Shown in pieces: positions 1 to 10,998 of a stretch of 32,128 nucleotides of DNA. How positions within the stretch are numbered: position 1 is the stretch's first letter; each line of letters opens with the position of its first letter. Source of the stretch: Octopus sinensis (taxonomy: Eukaryota); assembly GCF_006345805.1 (NCBI RefSeq), contig NW_021832764.1, positions 1 through 32,128 of the forward strand. The letters are read 5' to 3'. The notes beneath the pieces were generated by a model. It saw only the letters and a list, made by a program, of their open reading frames with translations, was not told the DNA's origin and searched no databases. The translations under genes were made by a program, and so were the position numbers.

Positions 1-508
1 TATATATATATATATATAAGCATATAGGAGGGACCACATGTGGTCACTCTAACGCTAGAAATAGATAGAATAGAAATTTAAATTGATGTTATTAATTAAT
101 ATTCAATTTTTTCACCCTTATTGTGATTTTAATTATATATATATATATATATAATATTTCATATTCGGTTATACACCTTGTAGTATGCTGTTTAAAACTT
201 GTTCACTGCATATAAAGAAGCTTACAATTTCTATTTTCTTTCTCACATGCACACATATATATATATATAAACACACACATGCATGCACACGCACACACTC
301 CTGTGTTCCACGAAATGTATCTTATGAGACACTACACGCAAGACCAGCACTCTTAGTCCTGGCAACATTGTTACACTCAGAGACCTGTTTGGCTTTAAAC
401 AGCCACTAAATCCATACCTTGCCGCTAAGTTCCTGTTTGTTTTGTCTTTTTCTCATTTCAGCTTCATTTAACAACAGAGCCCGGTATATACGCTGTGTGT
501 ATACATAC

Positions 509-540
<32 letters not shown>

Positions 541-631
541 GTATGTACATATGTATATATGTATGTATGTATAGGGAGAAGGGAGGGGTTTGGTGTTTCC
601 TTTCCATTCTCGGCTGCATGTTGTTTTATTC

Positions 632-1079
632 TCAAAGCCACAAAGTGCACACACACGCACACACATAGGCACACACAAACACACACACACACGCAGAAGC
701 AAACACAAATACACACACATAGAGCCATATACACACACACACACATAGGCACACACAAACACACACACACGCAGAAGCAAACGCAAATACACACACATAG
801 AGCCATACAAACACACACACATAAACACACACATACACACACACACAGATACAATCACAAACATATGAATGCACACATGCAGAGACATACACACACACAC
901 ACATACACACACACACATATATAGGTATACACACAAACACACACACACGCAGAAGCAAACACAAATACACACACATAGAGCCATACACACACACACATAA
1001 ACACACACACACACACAGATACAAACCCAAACACACAAATGCACACATGCACACACATACAAACACACACACACACACA

Positions 1080-1122
<43 letters not shown>
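632..1122. repeat. Composite (CA)n-based minisatellite followed by (CT)n microsatellite
   Basis: Recurrent 'acacacgcagaagcaaacacaaatacacacacatagagccatac' units embedded in CA runs; (CT)n at ~1083-1121. Confidence 0.9.
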
Positions 1123-1127
<5 letters not shown>

Positions 1128-1257
1128 CACATCAATAATATTACATGGATGTTGTGCGTGTACATGAAGGTACAACTAAGCAGATATGGAGATACTTCAG
1201 AAAAGTCATGTGTGTATATATATATATATATACAGGGTGATCCAAAAGTATATATTC

Positions 1258-1680
1258 TCTCTCTTTTACTCTTTTACTTGTTTCAGTCATTTTGGTCTGC
1301 GGCCATGCTGGAGCACCGCCTTTAGTCGAGCAAATCGACCCCGGGACTTATTCTTTTACTAAGCCCAGTACTTATTCTATCGGTCTCTTTTGCCGAACCG
1401 CTAAGTGACGGGGACGTAAACACACCAGCATCGGTTGTCAAGCAATGCTAGGGGGACAAACACAGACACACAAACATACACACATACATATATATATAAT
1501 AAATATATATATATACGACAGGCTTCTTTCAGTTTCCGTCTACCAAATCCACTCACAAGGCATTGGTTGGCCCAGGGCTATAGCAGAAGACACTTGCCCA
1601 AAATGCCACGCAGTGGGACTGAACCCGGAACCATGTGGTTGGTTAGCAAGCTACTTACCACACAGCCACTCCTGCACCTA
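1258..1680 (-). mobile_element. tRNA-derived SINE, family A (CORE-like), full length
   Basis: Reverse complement reads GGTGCAGGAGTGGCTGTGTGGTAAGTAGC (A box)...GGTTCAGTCCC (B box)...TTGGGCAAGTGTCTTCT..., TA/CA linker, tail ...AAACAAGTAAAAGAGTAAAAGAG; about 14 copies or fragments in the window. Confidence 0.85.
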
Positions 1681-1729
1681 TATACACACATTCAATTATT
1701 CAACTACTATAAAGCCATACATTTCCTTT

Positions 1730-1990
1730 TCCTTGAGAGCATGGATCAATTCTTGGCATGTAATTTTTCCAACGACAGCGCTTCAAAATGTGATGGCTGC
1801 TTCATGTAGAAATTCCTATCTCTTGACTTGCTTACAGCACAGATTCTGTTGAACTCTGGCAAAATGTCCAGTGTACCATTTTTTGCTTTGTATTCGGGGC
1901 TCCTCCGTATCCATGCCCTTTCAGAATATTTCTTGAAGACATTCTGAATAGTTCCATCCTCTTCAAACTCATCTCTAATTTGGATGATAC
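1730..1990 (-). pseudogene. Decayed Tc1/mariner-type transposase N-terminal (HTH) fragment
   Basis: Minus strand translates with frameshifts/stop to RDEFEEDGTIQNVFKK...ASQEIGIST*SSHHILKRCRWKNYMPR, resembling mariner/Tc1 HTH regions. A TA-CAGGGTGATCCAAAAGT TIR-like motif lies at 1231-1249. Confidence 0.5.
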
Positions 1991-2237
1991 TCAGTCACAT
2001 TAAGGGATCTGTTTGAAGCTCCCTTCTAAACCCTCTTTGCATTTTCAAAGTTCCTGTAGCACGTTAGGACACATTCCTCTTGCGCAAAGCTTAGTCTGGC
2101 TCCCTTCGTTATCTTTAATGAGTTAAATCTTAAAAGCAAATGAATATTAAGTAATGTGTGGTTAAAGTGTGTATACAGTTTTTTTGTTTGTTTTTGTTTT
2201 TTTTGGTGGAGGGGTATCCTGCATGTGAATGGGTACC

Positions 2238-2423
2238 ATCATCATCATCGTCGTCGTCGTCATCATTTAACGTCTGCTTTCCATGCTGGCATGGGTTGGA
2301 CGGTTTGACTGAGGACTGGCAAACCATGAGGCTGCACCAGGCTCCAATCTGATCTGGCAAGGTTTCTACAGCTGGATGCCCTTCCTAACACCAACCACTC
2401 CGGGAGTGTAGTGGGTGCTTTTT
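2238..2423 (-). mobile_element. SINE-like repeat family B with (GAT)n tail
   Basis: (CAT)n then tttaacgtctgctttccatgc...gctggatgcccttcctaac...gtgtagtgggtgcttttt, shared with about 10 other copies. Confidence 0.8.
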
Positions 2424-2442
2424 GTATATATGTATATATAGA

Positions 2443-2612
2443 TAGGTACAGGAGTGGCTGTGCAGTAAGTAGCTTGCTTCCCAACCACATGGTTCTGGGT
2501 TCAATCCCAGTGCATGGCACCTTGGGTAAGTGTCTTCTACTATAGCCTCAGGCCAACCAAAGCCTTGTGAGTAGATTTGGTAGATGGAAACTAAAAGAAG
2601 CCCATTGTGTGT
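2443..2612 (+). mobile_element. SINE family A, 5' half
   Basis: ggtacaggagtggctgtg...gggttcaatccc...cttgggtaagtgtcttctactatagcc...aaagaagccc. Confidence 0.8.
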
Positions 2613-2617
2613 GTGTG

Positions 2618-2910
2618 TATCATCATCTTTCAATGCCTGCTTTTAATGATTTGGATGGTTTGATTGAGGACTGGAAAGCCAGGAGGCTGCACCAGGCTCC
2701 AATCTGATCTGGCAAGGTTTCCTTCCCAAAGGATGCCCTTCCCAATGCCAACCACACCAAGAGTGTAGTGGGTGCTTTTATGTGCCACCAGCATGGGATC
2801 AAGTCAGGCATCACTGGCATCACCCACACTCAAATCGTGCTTTTAACATGCCACCAGCATGGGTGCCAGTTAAGTGACACTTGCATCAGCCAAAACCCGA
2901 ATGGTGCTTT
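2618..2910 (-). mobile_element. SINE-like family B, diverged copy
   Basis: Same body (ggctgcaccaggctccaatctgatctggca...ggatgcccttcc) with internal ~55 bp tgcttttacgtgccacc subrepeats. Confidence 0.75.
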
Positions 2911-2969
2911 ATATGTGTCACATACATACATATACACATACATACGTACATACATGCATACATAAATAT

Positions 2970-3017
<48 letters not shown>

Positions 3018-3019
<2 letters not shown>

Positions 3020-3132
3020 CTCACCGTGACCGACCAGGCTATCAGATGTTGCTACACATCGCTGGTCACAATGCGCTTCGCATTGTTTTAGCCTTCAAAT
3101 GACACCACCCCACTGGCTAAGCGAGCAGGCCA
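3018..3132. repeat. Unclassified interspersed-repeat fragment with perfect 7-bp hairpin (caatgcg-ctt-cgcattg)
   Basis: GC-richer island between TA microsatellites; the hairpin is directly visible. Likely the 3' portion of a SINE on the minus strand (inference). Confidence 0.4.
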
Positions 3133-3174
3133 TATACATATATATATAGATACATAATACATGCATGCATACAT

Positions 3175-3306
3175 GTGATGTGTAAAGAAGTGCCAATCTC
3201 TAACTATGGAGGGAACCTGTGTTAGAGGCAGACCCAGGAAAACGTGGGACAAGGTGGTCAAGCATGATTTTCAAATGTTGGGCTTCACTGAGGCAATGAC
3301 AAGCGA
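3175..3306 (+). mobile_element. RTE-clade LINE ORF C-terminal fragment
   Basis: Encodes ...VKKCQSLTMEGTCVRGRPRKTWDKVVKHDFQMLGFTEAMTS; GRPRKTW..D..LG is the typical RTE ORF C-terminal motif. Confidence 0.75.
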
Positions 3307-3647
3307 AGCATTGATATTCTTTATTCTCATCCAAAACGGGGACAAGTACCAACTGTTCCCGTGGTGTGACAGGCCTGGAAATTGTAAAACGATTCTTCTT
3401 TACTTGTAACCATTGGTAGCCGTGTTAATCCACAATTAAAGCATATATGTGTGAGTACACACACACACACACACATAGTTGTTTAATAATCCATAAATCA
3501 AAAACAATGCACTAATTTATTTGTCAGTAGAGTGTGTATATCAATTGAAGTGTACAGTGTTATATATATATCCATTACAGCTGATCTTTCTAATCAGTAG
3601 GATCAACCACAATGGATAAAGAAGAATACTGTAGATTTCAATTAATA

Positions 3648-3985
3648 TCATCATCATCATCATCATCATCATTTAGCGTCCGCTTTCCATGCTAGCATGG
3701 GTTGGATGGTTCAACTGGGGTCTGGGAAGCCAGAAGGCTGCACCAGGCCCAGTTTGATCTGGCAGTGTTTCTACGGCTGGATGACCTTCCTAACGCCAAC
3801 CACTCCATGAGTGTAGTGGGTGCTTTTTACGTGCCACCCACACAGGTGCCAGATGGAGCTGGCAAACGGCCACGGTCGGATGGTGCTTTTTACGTGTCAC
3901 CAACACGGGGCCCAGGCGAGGCTGGCAACGGCCACATTCAGATGGTTCGCTTACGTGCCACCAGCACTGGTTATCACAGCTACAA
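3648..3985 (-). mobile_element. SINE-like family B
   Basis: (CAT)n tail, conserved body, three tgctttttacgtg subrepeats. Confidence 0.85.
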
Positions 3986-3988
3986 TTT

Positions 3989-4047
<59 letters not shown>

Positions 4048-4055
4048 TATTATAT

Positions 4056-4480
4056 ATCATCATCATCGTTTAACGTCCGCTTTCCATGTTGGCATGTGTT
4101 GGACGATTTGAGTGAGGTCTGGCGAACCAGATGGCTGCACCAGGCTCCTATCTTGATCTGGCAGAGTTTCTACAACTCTATGCCCTTCCTAATGCCAACC
4201 ACTCCGAGAGTGTTGTGGGTGCTTTTACGTGCCACTGGCATGAGGGCCAGTTAGCCGGTACTGGCAACGGCCACGCTCAAATAGTGTTTTTACGTGCCAC
4301 CTGCACAGGAGCCGGTCCAGCGGCACTGGCAACGACCTCACTCGAATATTTTTTTCATGTGCCACCAGTACAAGTACCAGTAAGGCATCGCTGGCAACGA
4401 TCACGCTTGAATGGTGCTTTTTACGTGCGACCAACACGGAAGCCAGTCAGCTGCTATGGCGACGATTATGCTCGGATGGT
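4056..4480 (-). mobile_element. SINE-like family B with expanded internal subrepeats
   Basis: Same body plus about 4 copies of ggcaacggccac...gtgtttttacgtgccacc. Confidence 0.8.
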
Positions 4481-4499
4481 GCCCTAAGCACTCCAATAG

Positions 4500-4830
4500 C
4501 ATAATAATGATAATAATAATAATAATAATGAAATTATTGTATACAGTACTCAGGTGCACCACAACTTGTCAGAAAGTGCATGTAAAGTACATGCAGTAAT
4601 GTAAAAATGTCTGGAAAGCGAACAGTTGTATGAGTCAGATAGATGCTTGTGTGGTATGGGGGGAGGAAATTCAGGTGTAGTGTTGGCGAATGTCAGGAGC
4701 ATGGAAGTTTTTGGAAGGATGCAGTGCTCCGACAAAAACAACCGATGCCGGCAGTTTGTTCCATGCTTCAGCAACTCTCAGCGTGAAAAAATGTTTCCTA
4801 AAGTCATGGGAGCTGTGCTGTTTTCTGACT
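4500..4830 (-). mobile_element. CR1/L2-like LINE 3' end with (ATT)n tail
   Basis: Minus strand encodes VRKQHSSHDFRKHFFTLRVAEAWNKLPASVV (FF..RV...WN.LP motif of CR1-group ORF2 ends); second copy at 15746-16296. Confidence 0.8.
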
Positions 4831-4844
4831 GTATGGATGCAAGT

Positions 4845-5010
4845 CTTTGAATTTGATTTTGATTTCACTTTCACTTGCCTCAACAAGTCTTCGTAAGCAG
4901 AGTTTAGTGTCTAATGAAGGAAAGGTATGCATAAGTGGGCATAGGCCATGGGTTATGGTCTCACTTGGCTTGCTGGGTCTACTCAAGCACAGCATATTTC
5001 CAAAGGTCTC
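4845..5010 (-). mobile_element. RTE-clade LINE ORF end plus 3' UTR fragment
   Basis: Minus strand: ga gac ctt tgg aaa tat gct gtg ctt gag = (R)DLWKYAVLE, the DR..W motif that follows GRPRKTW in RTE ORFs. Confidence 0.6.
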
Positions 5011-5029
5011 ATATATGTATGTATATATA

Positions 5030-5160
5030 TTCTCTTATTCTTTTACTTGTTTCAGTCATTTGACTGTGGCCATGCTGCAGCACCGCCTTCAGTTGAACAA
5101 ATCGACCCCAGGGCTTATTCTTTGTAAACCTAGTGCTTATTCTCTTGGTCTCTTTTGTGT
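5030..5160 (-). mobile_element. SINE family A, 3' fragment
   Basis: cttttacttgtttcagtcatttgactgtggccatgct... matches the other family A tails. Confidence 0.8.
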
Positions 5161-5399
5161 GTATTATTATTATTATTATTATTATTATCATTATTATTAT
5201 TTTTTTTTTTCTTCTTTCAAATTTGCTTCCATTTCTTGCCAAGTGTCTTCCCGACTCCTAGGGCAAAGAAACTCATAGTATACATTGGTAGGCCATTAAA
5301 CTAAACTCAATAGGTCGTTCATTTCTTTTTTTTTTAAGTTAAATTAAAATACATGGGTAGTAATTATTATTATTATTATTATTATTATCATTATTATTA

Positions 5400-5580
5400 T
5401 GCCACATAAGAGCACCCAATACACTCTATGTAGTGGTTGGCATTAGGAAGGGCATCCAGCCATAGAAAACCATGCCAAATCAGACTGGAGTCTGGTGCAG
5501 CCTTCCAGCATGCCAGCCCAGTCAAACTGTCCAACCTATGCCAGCGTGGACATTAAATGATGATGATAATGATGATGATG
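5400..5580 (+). mobile_element. SINE-like family B
   Basis: ttggcattaggaagggcatccagcc...attaaatgatgatgat. Confidence 0.8.
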
Positions 5581-5949
5581 TGATATATATATATATATAT
5601 ACATATATTTCTAGAAAAGGTACGCCTACACACCTACCCACTGCAGGTATATTTATAGTTACATTGCTAGACACATAAATGATGTGTAGTTTTTTTTCAA
5701 TGGTTGATATGAGTTTTGCATGTTGCAACAGTTTATGCTTGTTTGTAAGGTTTCTAATCAAATTACTTGGCAAACAAGTGCAGCCAATTAATATAGGCAG
5801 GTGTGTGTGTATGTGTGTGTGTGCAGGTATATGTGTATTGCTTTCATTCTGTTCATTTGTCTGATTATCGTATGACTTCTCAGCTTTCTACAAAGTGCTG
5901 ATAGTTTCACATATATATATATATATATATATACTATATATTATGTATA

Positions 5950-6365
5950 TACTCTATTACTCTTTTACTTGTTTCAGTCATTTGACTGTGGCCATGCTGG
6001 AGCACCACCTTTAGTCGAGCAATCCGATCCCGGGACTTATTCTTTTGTAAGCCCAGTACTTATTCTATCGGTCTCTTTTGCCGAACCGCTAAGTGACGGG
6101 GACGTAAACACCCACCAGCATCGGTTGTCAAGCAATGCTAGGGGGACAAACACAGACACACAACACACACAATACATATATATATATATACATATATATA
6201 CGACAGGCTTCTTTCAGTTTCCGTCTACCAAATCCACTCACAAGGCATTGGTCGGCTCGGAGCTATAGCAGAAGACACTTGCCCAAGATGCTACGCAGTG
6301 GGACTGAACCCGGAACCATGTGGTTGGTTAGCAAGCTACTTACCACACAGCCACTCCTGCGCCTA
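5950..6365 (-). mobile_element. SINE family A, full length
   Basis: Near-identical to 1258-1680. Confidence 0.9.
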
Positions 6366-6601
6366 TATATATATATATTATATATTATATTATATATTAT
6401 ATACATATATATATATATCTATTTATATATATGTGTGTATGTGTATGTATGTATGTAGTATATATATATGTGTGTATATATCTAATATATAATATATTAC
6501 ATGTGTGTGTATTTTAAGGGCTAAAAACCACTATGTATTATATATATAATATATATTATATATATATATATATTATATATACATATATACATGTGTGTGT
6601 G

Positions 6602-6709
6602 TATTTTAAGGGCTAAAAACCACTATGTGGACAGCCGTATGCTAGAAATAGATCACCTACGATTTCTAGCATATTGCTGTCCACATAGTGGTTTTTAGCC
6701 CTTAAAATA
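6602..6709. repeat. Near-perfect inverted repeat (48-bp arms, 12-nt loop)
   Basis: tattttaagggctaaaaaccactatgtggacagc...gctgtccacatagtggtttttagcccttaaaata; a direct copy of the left-arm start lies at ~6500-6536. Confidence 0.9.
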
Positions 6710-6870
6710 TACACATGTATTAGAATTTTGTCTGATTTTTCAGATTTTTGTATGCTAGGCTACTGGTTTTAAATTGATATTAATTAAATTAATATTCAAT
6801 TTATCTCCCTCATTATCTATATATATATATATATATATATAAATGTGTATACATATATATATAAATGTAT

Positions 6871-7289
6871 ATAGGTGCAGGAGTGGCTGTGTGGTAAGTA
6901 GCTTGCTTACCAACCACATGGCTCTGGGTTCAGTCCCATTGCATGACACCTTGGACAAATATCTTCTACTATAGCCTCGGGCCAACCAAAGCCTTGTGAG
7001 TGGATTTGGTAAACAGAAACTGAAAGAAGCCTCTCATATATATGTATGTATATATATATATATATATGTGTGTGTGTTTGTGTGTCTGTTTGTCCCTCCC
7101 CAACATCACTTGACATGTGATGCTGGTGTGTTTACATCCCCTGTAACTTAGCAGTTCGGGAAAAGAGCCTAATAGAATAAGTAATAGGCTTACAAAGAAT
7201 AAATTCTGGGGTCGATTTGTTCGACTAAAAGGTGGTGCTCCTGCATGGCCACAGTCAAATGACAGAAAGAAGTAAAAGAATAAAAGAAT
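6871..7289 (+). mobile_element. SINE family A, full length (same subfamily as 30792-31188)
   Basis: Shares diagnostic variants ccctcc(c)ccaacatcacttgacatgtgatgctgg and taatagaataagtaataggc with the 30.8 kb copy. Confidence 0.85.
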
Positions 7290-7451
7290 GTGTGAGTGTG
7301 TGTGTTCTAATTTAGTTGAATGACTTGATCCCAGGACTTATTCTTCGTAAGCCTAGTACTTATTTTATCAGTCTCTTTTGCCAAACTGCTAAGTTGTCAA
7401 GGGATGGGGTTGGGGACAAATACAAACACAAAGACACACACACACATAAAT

Positions 7452-7482
<31 letters not shown>

Positions 7483-7526
7483 GATCGATATATAGATATA
7501 CATATATACATACATACATATATATA

Positions 7527-7584
7527 TACGTTATATAATTAGGGTTCAGTAAAATATTTTACTGAACCCTAATTATATAACGTA
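7527..7584. repeat. Perfect 58-bp palindrome
   Basis: tacgttatataattagggttcagtaaaat|attttactgaaccctaattatataacgta. Confidence 0.95.
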
Positions 7585-7727
7585 ATGTTTTAAATATACC
7601 GTAAATGGTCTTTTTACATACTGAACACTACTTGGTAAAATTAATTAATAATTAATTAATTTTACCCTTTTATTATTGATAATACATATATATATATATA
7701 TATTTAATTATATAAATATATATATAT

Positions 7728-7855
7728 ATATAATATTAATTAGAGACAAAACCACTATTATGCAAATCAAACAAAGAAAGACTTAATCCAATACATAAAA
7801 AATTTTATATAAATTAAATAAAATTAAGTGGTTTTGTCTCTAATTAATATTATAT
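7728..7855. repeat. 29-bp perfect inverted repeat with 70-bp spacer
   Basis: atataatattaattagagacaaaaccact ... agtggttttgtctctaattaatattatat. Confidence 0.9.
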
Positions 7856-7936
7856 TATATTTTACTATAAAATTGGATTCAATCCTAAATCTGATTTTTC
7901 CCTGTAAATTTGGATTTATTCCCTAATATTTATTAT

Positions 7937-7969
<33 letters not shown>

Positions 7970-8006
7970 ATACATTTGTGTATATATGTGTGTGTATGTG
8001 TATTTT

Positions 8007-8152
8007 GCGACTCTTTTACTCTTTTACTTGTTTCAGTCATTTGACTGTGGCCATGCTGGAGCACCGCCTTTTAGTCGAGCAAATCGACCCCAGGACTTAT
8101 TCTTTGTAAGCCTAGTACTTATTCTATCGGTCCCTTTTGCCAAACCGCTAAG
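8007..8152 (-). mobile_element. SINE family A, 3' fragment
   Basis: Matches the family A tail. Confidence 0.8.
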
Positions 8153-8439
8153 TTATATATATATATATATATATAATTGATGAACTACATGAAGATGAAG
8201 GGAGAAAAAGAGGGAGAAGATGATGTTTCTGTACAAAAACAACACAGAAACCACAGTGACCATGTTGGAGAGTCATTGAGGCGGGAGAAAGATTGAATGA
8301 AGCAGACGATAGAATGGCGATCATGACGACGACGACGACGATGACACACCTTAACAACAGGAGGAGGAGGAGATAAAAATCGCGCGTACACACACACTCA
8401 CACATACATATACACACAGACGGATACGCCTGGACAGCA

Positions 8440-8990
8440 GGTGAGGTGAGAGGTTAAGGAGAAAGACTAAGAATGAAGCGGGTGGGGGGAGACGGTGTAA
8501 ACATGCGACAGGTGGATGGGAAATAGAGAGTGGGATAAGACTAAGAAGAAATGAGGGGCGATTAAGAGAAGGGGAGGAGAGGAATAAATAAATATACAAC
8601 GTTGAAGGAGGAAGACTAAGAATAAAAAGGGAGGTACTAAGAAGGTGAGAGGGAGGCAAAGGAGAAAGACACAGAAGAAAGGAATGGATAAGAGATAGAG
8701 GAGGAGGTAAAACAAGTATACAACAGGTGAGAGGGATGGTGAGAAGAAAGACTAAAAGGAAATGAAGGGTGAAGGGGAGGAAGGGACAAAATGAACATAG
8801 ATAGTAGGTGAGAGGGAGGGTAAGAAGAAAGACTAAAAGGAAATGAAGGGTGAAGGGGAGGAAGGGACGAAATGAAAGTTGATAGTACGTGAAGGGGAGG
8901 GGATGGAAAAAGACTAAAAAGATAAGAGAGGGGGGGAATGAAGGTGTGGTGGCGGAGAGAGACTAAGCGTGAAGCGAGAGGAGAATGGGA
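8440..8990. repeat. Purine-rich degenerate minisatellite (~81 bp period)
   Basis: aggtgagaggga...aagaaagactaaaaggaaatgaagggtgaaggggagg units start at 8725, 8806, 8887; older copies upstream; no sustained ORF. Confidence 0.7.
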
Positions 8991-9339
8991 TGAGATAAAG
9001 TTTGTTTTTTAAAGGTGTTTATGACAACAGAGGGTGATATAATGGAAGGAGATTAAGGAGAAGGGAAAGGTGTGTGTTTGTAACGTCCCATAAATGGTGT
9101 TGGTGGTGGATAGAGGGAGACGGTGACGATCTCGTGTGCGGGACCCCTCCTTAACGATATCCACTTTAATGGTTTTATAAACATCATCATCATTATTATT
9201 TTTATTATTATTATTATCAGTAGTAACAACTGCCGTAGTATCAAGAGCCTCAGAGCTCTGGTTGTCCCACAGTCACCTCCTTCAACCACAACAACCGGCA
9301 TTTGATATATATATATATCTGTCACCACCAACAGCAATA

Positions 9340-9351
9340 CTACTACTACTA

Positions 9352-9412
<61 letters not shown>
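9340..9412. repeat. (TAC)n(TAA)n microsatellite
   Basis: Directly visible. Confidence 0.95.
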
Positions 9413-9413
<1 letters not shown>

Positions 9414-10045
9414 TATCCAGGACTATCACCAACAGCAACTGCAGCGGAAGCAACCACATCGATAACAACAACAGCATTCTCAGCAGCAACACCACCTCAG
9501 CTGACAATAATGATATTATCGGTTGATAATAATAATAATGATAATAATAATAACTAAGGCACTTCATTACCAACAGCAACATCATCAACATTAAGCGACT
9601 CCTCCAACGCCGCCACCACCACACCAACGCCACCACCACAACATTATTAACTGACCATCAACATCAGCGCCACCTAACAACAGCAACAAACAATTCTTTG
9701 GATTAACCTTGTTGTACAATATCAGCTGTCAGCTGGAAATCATTGAACCCTGTTGTCAGGGCAAGAATGTAGACCCCTACAATAACAAGGATCAGAGGGA
9801 AAAGACTTGTATCCAAAAAAACCCAAGAGCAAGATAACAGCTAGGAAACCCCTGCTGAACCCTGGAGGTGTAGATTTGAGAGGAATTTCTTACAAGGTGC
9901 AAGGATCAGTGTTGTAAGGGCCTTGGAGGCGTGGATTACTGCCAGACAGGATTTTGTGCCAGGACTCAGTTGAGGGGGATGTGGATTACAACAAACTAAA
10001 GGAACCAAGAAGTGAAGGATCAATATTGATGCACCTAGCCAAGAC

Positions 10046-10637
10046 CCAGGAGGTGTGGATTACAGTAAAATAAGGGTTTGTAGCAAGAACCAAGGCTCAG
10101 TTAGTAGCCAAGACCCAGGAGGGCTGGATTACAGCAAGACAGTTTGTTTTGGGACCCAGGAGGGCTGGATTACGGTGAGACAGAAGTGTGCTTTGAGACC
10201 CACGAGGGCTGGATTACTGCGAAACTGAAGTGTGCTTTGAGACACATGAGGGATTGAGACCCATGAGGGCTTGAGACTCACGAGGGCTGGATTACAACGA
10301 AAGAGAAGTTTGCTTTGAGACCCACGAGGGCTGGATTAAAAGACAAGTTTGCTTTGAGGCCCAGGAGGGCTGGATTACTGCGAGACTGAAGTGTGCTTTG
10401 AGACACATGAGGGATTGAGACCCATGAGGGCTTGAGACTCACGAGGGCTGGATTACAACAAAAGAGAAGTTTGCTTTGAGACCCAAGAGGGCTGGATTAC
10501 TGCGAGACTGAAGTGTGCTTTGAGACACATGAGAGATTGAGTCCCATGAGGGCTTGAGACCCACGAGGGCTGGATTACAACAAGACAAAAGTTTGCTTTG
10601 AGACCCATGAGGGCTGGATTACAACAAGAAAAGTTTG
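10046..10637. repeat. Hierarchical minisatellite (GAGGGCTGGATTAC core; 122-bp higher-order unit x3)
   Basis: 44+18+17+43 bp sub-units repeated at 10191, 10352, 10474, with single extra units between and after. Confidence 0.9.
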
Positions 10638-10998
10638 CAATTTGGCTCAGGAGAGCTGAGCTATGGCAGAATAAGGGCCTCCTACAACAAGAAACTAAGG
10701 GTTAAAATTATTACAAGCAGCAAGGATTGATGTGTGAATAATAGCAAGTGTCAGAAATTGGATCAATAATCAATAACCAATATCATAACGAGATCTCACT
10801 CGTCTCATCCAGATATCAGAAAGTGACCTGGAAGTGACATCATCAGTAGGAACCCGAATTGGGAAGCAGGGTTTTCGGATCAAGTTTGGATTACAGCAAG
10901 TGCATTGGATCCGGATTTGGATTGCAAAACGTGTTTTAGGGTCAAGAACCGAGAAATTAGGGCAAAACTGGCAGAGCTGGAATTTGAACCAGTGACTG

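Noticed and set aside
406-1175. Cys/Val- or His/Thr-rich ORFs (also 17962-18505, 23397-24432, 29444-29987)
   Set aside because: Translations of CA/TG/TA microsatellites.
3070-3086. Helitron 3' hairpin
   Set aside because: No CTRR terminus at the expected distance on either strand.
8170-8390. Acidic coding-like stretch upstream of the gene
   Set aside because: All three plus frames stop within about 40 codons and there are no clear splice sites.
10191-10637. CRISPR-like repeat/spacer appearance
   Set aside because: The 'spacers' are homologous to each other and periodic; eukaryotic context; no cas genes.
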